Position numbers and translations under genes: made by a program. Positions 27,101 through 39,100 of a stretch of 64,000 nucleotides of DNA are shown piece after piece. The stretch is taken from assembly GCA_965235115.1 (NCBI GenBank), contig OZ249438.1, forward strand, positions 27,838,001 to 27,902,000, written 5' to 3'. The notes under the pieces are model-generated. The model was not told the origin of the DNA. It saw nothing but the letters and a program-made list of their open reading frames with translations, and did not search any database. How positions within the stretch are numbered: position 1 is the stretch's first letter; each line of letters opens with the position of its first letter. The stretch is from Laetmonice hystrix (taxonomy: Eukaryota).

Positions 27101-30100
27101 ATTATACTCTAATATATGCCATACTCGGCACACTTAAGAGATGCACTGTGTCATTAATGATAGTGTATCTGTACGAAGATGGCTTTCCTTGATTGGAGTC
27201 TGTCATGGACTAACAGTATTGTTGCGTCTGTTATACAGTCATCCCCTGACGCCGGTCTCAGATCCTAACTGGCAGGGATCCGAACACATACAAAGTTACG
27301 ACCGCACGTTACCCGCGGTTTCGGTGGTGGAGACGGTGGTGGTGGCCGGGTATAGTGTCCGTACGGTGGTGGCGGTGGTCTCGGTCTGGTGGTGGTGGTG
27401 GTGGTGGTGGGAGTGACGATATGTCTGTCTACACACCCTCACTCCCCAAAACATTCATTCCGACGTTGAACGACGACCATTAAGGCAGGCCAAATACAGG
27501 TTGTCAGTCGTCAGTCAATGTACGCACTACATTAAGGACGTCATGAGGTTATCTGTACAGGGATCTCGAGTCGGTGATCCAAACACGGTCTGCTCCAGCC
27601 ACCAACACCTCGGAGTACGGGACTACATCGTTTGGCATCAGTGGGCGACCCTCATCTACGGCCCGTCAGTCCTTTACCAATGATGAGGCAGTCTGTAGTG
27701 ACCACCAGCCTCCCGGGCCGGTCAGTCCTTACCAATGATGAGGCAGTCTGTGGTGACTACCAACCTCCCGGGCCGGTCAGTCCTTACCAAGGATAAGGCA
27801 GTCTATGGTAGTGACTACCAGCCTCCCGGGCCGGTCAGTCCTTTACCAATGATGAGGCAGTCTGTAGTGACGACCAGCCTCCCGGACCGGTCAGTCCTTA
27901 CCAATGATGAGGCAGTCTGTAGTGACCACCAGCCTCCCGGGCCGGTCAGTCCTTTACCAAGGATGAGGCAGTCTGTAGTGACTACCAGCCTCCCGGACCG
28001 GTCAGTCCTTTACCAATGATGAGGCAGTCTGTAGTGACTACCAACCTCCCGGGCCGGTCAGTCCTTTACCAATGATGAGGCAGTCTGTAGTGACCACCAG
28101 CCTCCCGGGCCGGTCAGTCCTTTACCAAGGATGAGGCAGTCTGTAGTGACTACCAGCCTCCCGGACCGGTCAGTCCTTTACCAATGATGAGGCAGTCTGT
28201 AGTGACCACCAGCCTCCCGGACCGGTCAGTCCTTTACCAATGATGAGGCAGTCTGTAGTGACCACCAGCCTCCCGGACCGGTCAGTCCTTTACCAATGAT
28301 GAGGCAGTCTGTAGTGACCACCAGCCTCCCGGACCGGTCAGTCCTTTACCAATGATGAGGCAGTCTGTAGTGACTACCAACCTCCCGGGCCGGTCAGTCC
28401 TTTACCAATGATGAGGCAGTCTGTAGTGACTACCAACCTCCCGGGCCGGTCAGTCCTTACCAAGGATAAGGCAGTCTGTAGATATACCAGCCTCCCGGAC
28501 CGGTTAGTCCTTTACCAAGGATGAGGCAGTCTGTAGTGACTACCAACCTCCCGGGCCGGTCAGTCCTTTACCGAGGATGAGGCAGTCTGTAGTGACCAGC
28601 AGCCTCCCGGGCCGGTCAGTCCTTTACCAATGATGAGGCAGTCTGTAGTGACCACCAGCCTCCCGGGCCGGTCAGTCCTTACCAAGGATAAGGCAGTCTG
28701 TAGTGCCTACCAACCTCCCGGGCCGGTCAGTCCTTTACCAATGATGAGGCAGTCTGTAGTGACCATCAGCCTCCCGGACCGGCTAGTCCTTTACCAAGGA
28801 TGAGGCAGTCTGTAGTGACGACCAGCCTCCCGGACCGGTCAGTCCTTACCAATGATGAGGCAGTCTGTAGTGACTACCAACCTCCCGGACCGGTCAGTCC
28901 TTACCAATGATGAGGCAGTCTGTAGTGACTACCAGCCTCCCGGACCGGTCAGTCCTTACCAATGATGAGGCAGTCTGTAGTGACCACCAGCCTCCCGGAC
29001 CGGTCAGTCCTTTACCAAGGATAAGGCAGTCTGTAGTGACTACCAACCTCCCGGACCGGCTAGTCCTTTACCAAGGATGAGGCAGTCTGTAGTGACCATC
29101 AGCCTCCCGGACCGGTCAGTCCTTACCAATGATGAGGCAGTCTGTAGTGACTACCAGCCTCCCGGGCCGGTCAGTCCTTTACCAATGATGAGGCAGTCTG
29201 TAGTGACTACCAGCCTCACGGACCGGTCAGTCCTTACCAATGATGAGGCAGTCTGTAGTGACTACCAGCCTCCCGGGCCGGTCAGTCCTTTACCAATGAT
29301 GAGGCAGTCTGTAGTGACTACCAGCCTCCCGGGCCGGTCAGTCCTTTACCAATGATGAGGCAGTCTGTAGTGACTACCAACCTCCCGGACCGGTCAGTCC
29401 TTACCAATGATGAGGCAGTCTGTAGTGACGACCAGCCTCCCGGACCGGTCAGTCCTTTACCAAGGATGAGGTAGTGACCAGCACCCAGCCTCTAAGTCGG
29501 TAAGCCCGTGTAACCTTACCTCAAGACTGCCTAACAACTGACACTGCCCCCAAATCTGACAGCGGGATTCCTGATATAAGTGAGCAGACAAACGGGTGGA
29601 CAAACACACTTATCAGGTAGGAATGGGGAGGGGCAGGGGTCAGAGAGCTCGATGAGGTCAACCTCATATATACCTGATGTACATACACATAAGGAAGTTG
29701 TCTGAGAGTACACAGGTGAGACAGACGGCCGACACCTGGCTGGTGTATCCCCCCCGATCAGGTGTTTCTTACACAGGTATAGTCTCCATGCAGGCGGACT
29801 CAGACACCTGGTTTATGGCGAGTGTACAATTATTTCACATCACTTGACAATCTCCTCCGTGTACCTTCCATCATCACACCTATTATCACTCCCCTACACC
29901 AAGGATCATCCCATATTATCACTTTCCCAGGCCAAGACTAACAATCAATCCCTAGTCTGCATTCAGTCTCTGAAAGCTACGCTGTATTTTTCCTACGAAT
30001 AACTCGTCGCCTGTGTCACCTGAACACTGCAAAACAGGCATTTCATGGCACAAGCTATATCTAAACTTATAAAGTTTACCTTAATGGGATCCCGTCTGTT

Positions 30101-33100
30101 CTATATGAGCCTTATTCACAACAATTGATTGCGTTCTAAGACTCACCCTACAATCCACAACTTTTTGCATTCTCATTTAACTGCTTCTGTTCACACGTGC
30201 GTCACTGCCTTTCATTCATTTTTTTAAAAAAGCTTAATTTCTTCTTAAATTTCAAATAAACGCAAAATCTGTGACAGAATCAAGAGCTAATTTGCGCATC
30301 CAATCTGTTCACTTTGTGGGGTCTAGCGTGTCGGTCTACACCAAAACATTCACACCCAAAACGTTGGCGACCGACCGTCGTATTGACAACTGGAAAAAGT
30401 AAGCCAGTGATCCATTGCCATGGTGACCCGTTCCCATGGTAACCTGACCATGGTTACCACAAGCAGCAAACGTAGCCAAACGGCCACAATGACTGCTCTC
30501 GTTCCATGGCGGTTACCATGGGGTACAAATAATACAAACACAAACAAATGATGCAACTTCAGCATCTTGATATTAACACATGCCACTGAACACAAGCTGA
30601 ACTCCCGGAATCCGTTTTTACCTTTGGGGGGTTCTCCCCAATTACTACGTGATGACGGGTAATTCTCTGCCGACAAAAACATCATAACACTGTAAGTCAT
30701 ACGGTCTCTGGTGGTTTTACCTTTGGGGGGGGGGGGGTTCTCCCCAATTACTACGTGATGACGGGTAATTCTCTGCCGACAAAAACATGATAACATTGTA
30801 AGTCATACGGTCTCTGGTGGTTTTACCTTTGGGGGGTTCTCCCCAATTACTACGTGATGACGGGTAATTCTCTGCCGACAAAAACATGATAACATTGTAA
30901 GTCATACGGTCTCTGGTGGTTTTACCTTTGGGGGGTTCTCCCCAATTACTACGTGATGACGGGTAATTCTCTGCCGACAAAAACATCATAACATTGTAAG
31001 TCATACGGTCTCTGGGGGTTTTACCTTTGGGGGGTTCTCCCCAATTACTACGTGATGACGGGTAATTCTCTGCCGACAGAAACATCATAACACTGTAAGT
31101 CATACGGTCTCTGGGGGTTTTACCTTTGGGGGGGTTCTCCCCAATTACTACGTGATGACGGGTAATTCTCTGCCGACAGAAACATCATAACATTGTAAGT
31201 CATACGGCTAACTTGGATTCGCCAGTCTGACGATATGTGCGGATGATACTGTTTCTATAATGAAGTGCAGTTATTCATTTCACTTAGAATTTTTGTTCTC
31301 TCAATGAATATTAATTTGTAACTTGTTTAAGTGAACCACGACTCAGCCTGCTGAGTCCCGTTTATACCCGTGACATAGATAAGCCATATCCGTTGGTACA
31401 TCATGTACGATTCTTGCCGGGGATAGGTTCCATAAGTTAACAACATGCCATCTGGTAGATCAGATTCATAATTCATGCTTTAGCTGTAACTGAAACATGA
31501 TGGTGATGTTTTTATACTTGAATACCTGAGTTACGGTCCGGCTCTGGCGCCCACACCACAATAGCCTCATATCGATTAGTTACAGCTTCATGCTTACTCG
31601 AGAATTTAGTTACGATTTTCACCACCAGATGACGCCATGTGACAGCACCTCCAAACGTCTCGCCGTCCATCACCCCACTCGATGTCTTTTCAATTCATGA
31701 ATTTGAACCTCAGTGAAAATCTTCAATAAAACCATTTTCAAACTTCTAGCCCGCATGACCGCCATGTAACCCGATGACCCCGCCCGGACTCAGTGATGGC
31801 CGCCATGTAACCCGATGACCCCGCCCGGACTCAGTGACGGCCGCCATGTAACCCGATGACCCCGCCCGGACTCAGTGACGGCCGCCATGTAACCCGATGA
31901 CCCCGCCCGGACTCATGAAGTGACGGCCGCCATGTAACCCGATGACCCCGCCCGGACTCAGTGCCGGCTGCCATGTAACCCGATGACCCCGCCCGGACTC
32001 AGTGATGGCCGCCATGTAACCCGATGACCCCGCCCGGACTCAGTGACGGCCGCCATGTAACCCGATGACCCCGCCCGGACTCAGTGACGGCCGCCATGTA
32101 ACCCGATGAAGTGCCCCACCCCGCCTGGACTCAGTGACGGCCGCCATGTAACCGGATGACCCCGCCCGGACTCAGTGACGGCCGCCATGTAACCCGATGA
32201 CTCCACCCGGACTCAGTGACGGCTGCCATGTAACCAGATGACCCCGCCCGGACTCAGTGACGGCCGCCATGTAACCCAATGACCCCGCCCGGACTCAGTG
32301 ACGGCCGCCATGTAACCCGATGACCCCGCCCGGACTCAGTGACGGCCGCCATGTAACCCGATGACCCCGCCCGGACTCAGTGATGGCCGCCATGTAACCC
32401 GATGACCCCGCCCGGACTCAGTGACGGCCGCCATGTAACCCGATGACCCCGCCCGGACTCAGTGACGGCCGCCATGTAACCCGATGACCCCGCCCGGACT
32501 CAGTGACGGCCGCCATGTAACCCGATGACCCCGCCCGGACTCAGTGACGGCCGCCATGTAACCCGATGACCCCGCCCGGACTCAGTGATGTTAAGTGGTG
32601 ACTGACTGACCTTGTACTCGGCCTGTCTGTCTGTGACAGGCCGGTCGACGATCTGCAGCACACCGTGAGCGTGGTCAATCCACTTGTTGAGATCTTCATA
32701 CTCCTTCTGTTCGACGTCAGCGAGTCGTCGGGCCTGACCAACCGTCCGCACCAACTACAGGTACCAACATTCTCATCAGTTTACCCTCACAAACATAACG
32801 GGGGTTGGCAAAATACGTTTTTCATCAATTGTACAACCCACAAAGAAAAGTAAAAGATAAAGTATGTTATTACAAGAAGGGGGATAGAAATTGATCCTAC
32901 TTTTTTTCTGACATGATAATATGTGGACAGAAATTGGGATCAATCAAAAGTGAGAGAGCATGGAAAAGACATGAAGTGTATTTGAAGTCTTTATACGGTA
33001 CCTCCATCACATACTAACGAAGATATAAAGAATGACACCCACACTTTACAATTTACCGTCAGTTCACCAAGAGCTTCACACTCCTTGATACAACATAATA

Positions 33101-36100
33101 TAAACTAAGCAACACTATAGCAGATAGCCAACCAGAACATAAAGGAATACCACCAACAAATCCAATCTTTCTCACCTCCACTTCCCTTCTACCTCTCCAG
33201 GTTTCAAGAATTTCTTGAATTCTGTAACTCTTTCAATGATCTCTCTCTAAAGAATACATAGAGGAGACATCCGGGCATGCTCCTCCTCCCGACCCCCCCC
33301 CCCCCCCCCACCAACCCCCAGAAAGATTGGTTTTGCTGATGTCCACACCAAAAGCATCCCTCACCAAATTCAACCATGCAGAATGATTGGTGACGAGTCC
33401 AACCATGCGAGACGACAAGGAGTTGCCGAACCATGCAAAAGAAACCACACCACATTTGAAACAAACAGAAACGATAACAAAAAATAAGCTCTCTATGCAG
33501 TAACAGCAGATTCAACATACTACAAATCAAATAAACATCATAATACTGGCAGTATTTTCACACGGCCGGAACACAAGTTTAATCTATCCGCAGCCATTTT
33601 CAAATAAATATTGGGACGCGGGATGGGTCCGGGGGGGGGGGGGGCGGTATAAACTGAAGGATAACCATGAACTATGTCTATAACTGAAATCAACACAACT
33701 CAGGTAGCAGGAGAGGAGGTCTGGGGAACCATGCTGTTAATATTGGCTTCCAGTCATGGGTCAGTTGAGACAGTTAATCGGGTGGGACGGTGGGAGTGGC
33801 AGTTGCCATGTGTTAAGGAGGATCCTGACAGGCGGACAGTACTGGTTTCGCTGCCAGTTGATGGTCACCCCATGCTGGGTCGTAACTCCAAGTGTATCGT
33901 TAGGTAAGCAGCTTCCTTTTAGTTGAAATGGATGAGAGTCACACCAAGGCATCATCTCACAGAACGTGCTGAGTGAATATAGAACCTTGTCAGTATCTGG
34001 TGTGGTGGTGTCTGCCTCCTCTGTGTATCTCCTGTCAATGGTCAAACACTGTGGCTCCCTCAACTCTCTCCTGGGGCCGTCAACGAGCTGGGTCCGTAAC
34101 TCCACGGGTGCCTGGCTGATGGCATCGGGTAGGGAGTCTATGACCAAGGGTTCCGGGACGTAGGTGACTACACTGGGAAGGACGACGGGCAGGGTGCTGT
34201 AAGGGGGCGGGTCCACTGCCTCTCTGGCCGGTACGGGATGCTGCTCACAACTCTCCGTGACTGGTTCTTTTGTCTGGACCAACCAAACCGAATCATGTTG
34301 GTCCTGTGTGGACCAATCCGATGCCGTGGGACTGAAGGGCCCTGAGGGGTCACCTTCCGAGCTCGTGGAAACAGACGGAAGGCCCTCTATGAACTTACGG
34401 AGTAGTGAGGGACTTGGACAGGGGCTGTGGAAGGTCTGGAGGATAGGCTGAGGGGCTGGGAGCGCACAGATCATCTCGGACGAGTCTGTGAAGTCGGCCT
34501 CGTACGCCTTGTCCTCCTGGCCCCGCGGTCCCCGCTGGAGCGGCCCCGGGCTGAGAGAGGATGAGGAGCCGTGGTCGTCCGAGTCTGGGCTGCTGGGGCT
34601 GACAGGTCGTGGGGTAACGTTAGAACCGCTCAGGTCCTGCTCTGGTTTGAGGTGTTGGTCGTGAGTCACCCTCCGGATAGGTCCAGGACTGAGGGACTTT
34701 GGAACCTCTAGGGTGATGACCTCTGTGGGTTCCTGAGGTCGCTTGATGTACCGTCTCCGGGGATGGTGACCGGGGACCTTGAGTCTGGTCCCGCTGGAGG
34801 AGGAAGTCCTCTTGGTTATAGAGACCTCCTTCTGACTGGTGTCACTGGAGGTAGTAGTGGTGTGGTGAACTCGAGTCCTGCCGGTCTCTGACATGTGAGA
34901 ACCCTCAGCCCGGTAACCTTCCCTCATGTACATGACCAATCTAGAGTCCTGAACCTTCCACTCCTCAGCCCGGGCGGCTAGTTCCTCCCGGGACAGCGTC
35001 CTCTCACCCTGGAATGTCACCTCCGATTCCTTCCTACGCTGGAGTAGTGGAGTCGACTGGGCACTGTGGGATTCCCTGTATATTCTCCTAGACTGTCCTA
35101 CAACACGCCGTGTCATTACGGGAGTTAGAAACGGAGGAATAGAAGGTCTGGCCGCGGGGGGTTGACTTCGGCTACACACTAATTCTGGTTCCGAGTCTGA
35201 GGACAGGAGGGTGTGACCAGCGGTAGGGTGTCGGCGGTGTCTGACCAGGGAAGGACTGAGATGGGCGATCAGTGACTGGGTCTCGTACATCTCCTCCCTG
35301 CTCCTCCCTGTGGTTACTGTCCTCTGGGTCCTCACTGACCGCTCCCGTGTCTCCGAGACCGATGTGTGAGTATCCTGGAGCCGTGGAGGCCGTGTCCGGG
35401 GACTGGACGGAGGCAGACTCCGGTGGGGGACCGTGGGGCTGTGGTGGGCTATAAATGTCTCACCAGATGTCGCTAGTCGACGGCTGACCATGGGACTTAT
35501 GGCACTGAGCATGGCGGGGGTTGAGGGCTGTGGAGGGACCACAGGGGGAAAAAGAGATAAATGATACACTTAGGATACCTCGCCGACACTACAGAAAAAA
35601 TGTGAAGTGTTCAAACATATCGTCATACTGGCATACTATCAAATAAACAGTTTTTTAAAGTCTACTATTCTGAACAAATTAATTACCGATAGATAAAATG
35701 ATAAACTGAACTTTGTATGATTTTGTGAGACATCACAACATTTGGCACTGGACAAGAAAGGCATGAGAAAGCTGAAATCAAAGCTGGGACAGCTAGTCAC
35801 ATTAGTGGATACAGATTACAATACGTGGAGCGTGTGGGATACAGAATAAATCTGTTAAACAGAAATAATTATAGCATGTGATACAGTGCTCTCTGAGGGA
35901 AAACACATTAAACTCATCATATCCTCTTCCGTTTCAGCTATTCTGTCGTGCTGGAGTGACACATTGACAATCTATGACAGCTTTTACGATACCACTAAAA
36001 ATTAAAATAATTTCTGGAAAATAAATCAAATTAATGGCAATAACGGCTGGTGGTAGAGGTCCTGGGTCAAGAGTGCTGTAAGGTAAGTACTGTCGTTCAT

Positions 36101-39100
36101 GTCGAGAGTAGTCCTTACGACCTAACTGTGGGAAATCAAATCAATCAAATGTAAGACAAACCATGGTGAGTGAACATTCTTCCTCCTATAGTAACACCAC
36201 CACGTCCACTGAAGCCATGTCTTTTAGCGCTGATGTCACCCCATCTAAAACCCATCGACAATAATAACCGCTAGCTCCTAGTGTATCCCCACCGATTAGT
36301 GCTGGGTTCAGTTAACATTGACAGTGTACTGTGAGGACGTCAGGGACGGCAGGGATCATGGAGACACGGATGAAGGTCATTAGATCTGCCAGAGGTGTTT
36401 ATCTCCATCTATAATCACTTAATCTGACATCCTAGTGTATCCCCACCGATCAGTGCTGGGTTCAGTCAACATTGACAGTGTACTGTGAGGACGTCTGGGA
36501 CGGGAGGGGTCATGGAGACACGGATGAAGGTCATTAGACCTGCCAGAGGTGTTTATCTCCATCTATAATCACTTAATCTGACATCCTAGTGTATCCCCAC
36601 CGATTAGTGCTGGGTTCAGTCAACATTGACAGTGTACTGTGAGGACGTCTGGGACGGGAGGGGTCATGGAGACCCCGGATGAAGGTCATTAGATCTGCCA
36701 GAGGTGTTTATCTCCATCTATAATCACTTAATCTGACATCCTAGGGTATCCCCACCGATTAGTGCTGGGTTCAGTCAACATTGACAGTGTACTGTGAGGA
36801 CGTCTGGGACGGGAGGGATCATGGAGACACGGATGAAGGAGGTCATTAGATCTGCCAGAGGTGTTTATCTCCAACTATAATCGTTTAATCTGACATCCTA
36901 GTGTATCCCCACCGATTAGTGCTGGGTTCAGTCAACATTGACAGTGTACTGTGAGGATGTCTGGGACGGGAGGGATCATGGAGACCCGGATGAAGGTCAT
37001 TAGATCTGCCAGAGGTGTTTATCTCCATCTATAATCATTTAATCTGACATCTGACGGAAGATCCTTTTACTAAGATGCCCGTGTGAGTGATTTCGAATAA
37101 CTTGACCAATCAGATCCTGTTAGGGATATAAAACGTTTATCTCCATGATTCCTACCAGATCTCCCCTGGTAACGAACGACTGGTTGAAGAGATAACCAAG
37201 GATATATAGAGAACGTGTCATACATTGGCTGTGATCACTGTCTATGAGGACAACATCAGGCTGGCTCCACATACAACAATACCGAACAACTAAAGCGACC
37301 ATGGTAAGAGCTAGAGTACTCCACTACGGTAAACGACCCTTGAGTTGTGAGTGAGTAAAATAAATGACGGTGAAAGCTCATTAAACAACTCGCAGTGCGC
37401 CTACACCGACCAACGTCTGCTTGTGTGAGTAACCAATGCTCATTGTATTGCGAGTAGCGTGGCGCCACCTAGTGGCTAACTGACTCACTATACCCGTGTT
37501 GTATCAATGAGCATTGATTCGGACCACTATGTTACCATTGACCACTGCCTACAAGGATTCCGTTACCTTGGTAACACTGTTAAATTCCCGACTTGGCGTC
37601 GCAGACAGTGGAGAAACGGGCGTTAGGATAGGTGATACCTGCCAGCCATAGTTAGGTCAGACAGAAAGGAAAGTAGATGATTATTTGAATTGGAGATGTA
37701 TTGTTCAGAAACAATATACATGTACATGTACTTATTTTCTGTCGTGTGGCTATAGCTCATCCATAGACTGTTAAATATTTATGCAGCTACTACATTTCGT
37801 ATTGGTCACTTAATGTCTACAGGATCTGTATACAAACGTATTCTACATTTTGTCTTTACCCTTTGTTCTAAATTGCCATACTTCAGTTTTTATAAGGAAA
37901 CTTCAGGTTTTATCAGAAAACACCATCACATGATACTGGGTGTCTTTCACTGCACTTAACATTTAGTTTACTTTCCTGCAAAACTATTAGACAAGCAGGA
38001 TACCTTCAATGTCGTGGTTAAAGACTGATTTTGTTCCGCTGGCTGACCCCCCAACATTGTACTTCTCTCCTAGTAGTAAATAATAAAAGATAACAGTTTG
38101 AAGGTCTCTTCATATCGAGATCTATCTATTCTTCAATTACAAGTTTGATGTCTGATTCATTTTACCGTTTCACTTCCCTGAGGTAACTGTTGTTGTTTTA
38201 ACATTTTCATCCATGATTTGCATGATTTACAGCATTTTACTTTAATTAATATAAGGTTCAAGTTTGAAGCAGAAACCCGTTAATTTACATCCTCACTATC
38301 TACTATCCATCTAAGCTGAAACTTACAATTTAAGAACGAAAGAAAATTATATTAGACTTTCAACAGAATTACCTTTTGAATAATGTTGGCATTGTGAGAT
38401 GAAGTCGGTGAAGACAGAGGTGCAGCCCTCTGGTGCCGTTTCAGAGAGATACATGACACGCCAACCATTGTTAGTCTCAGGAACTGATCATTCACTACGA
38501 AGTCTACGATTTCTTTTGTTCTTACAGTAACTGGGTTGTAATATTCATATAAAAAAAACTATATACATCCCACTGTCACAATGAGAAACTTGACACGTAA
38601 TAAAAAGAATGATAAAATTACGACTACCAAAAAACACAACTTTAACTCTAACCTCAAATATGACGGAACTTTGAATCAAAGAAAGAAACACAAGAATGCT
38701 ATAGACATTGTTAGATGAGATTTTAGACGTTACCTTGGCCACACTGACTGCACCCTGATTTTGGGTGACGGAGATGGGACGAGGAATAGCAAGTGTTGAA
38801 GGTCGCTGTTTATCACCAGCAGCCAGAATGCGGGGGAAAAAGGGGCAAACTATAACAAAATATCTTTCTCTTAACATTCTATTCAAACAATCACTTTCTA
38901 TTTTCACGATTCTGCTAAATATTCTTGTCTATCAACATGATTTCTATCCCAAATGCAGACATCACTACGTGTAATGCCAGAAGCAAGTCCCTACTTATCG
39001 AAAGCGATGATTTGGTCGACAAAACATGACTAATCATGAATTTTTCGCTTCCACAGAACCTCCAAACTAGCAATAATTGTATATCAGTCCAAATCACTAA

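Noticed and set aside
27659-29470. CRISPR-like appearance of this and other tandem arrays
   Set aside because: Head-to-tail units with no unique spacers, no cas genes, eukaryotic intron
33176-33246. Possible small exon REIIERVTEFKKFLKPGE
   Set aside because: The best donor breaks frame, the in-frame donor is weak and there is no homology; too speculative
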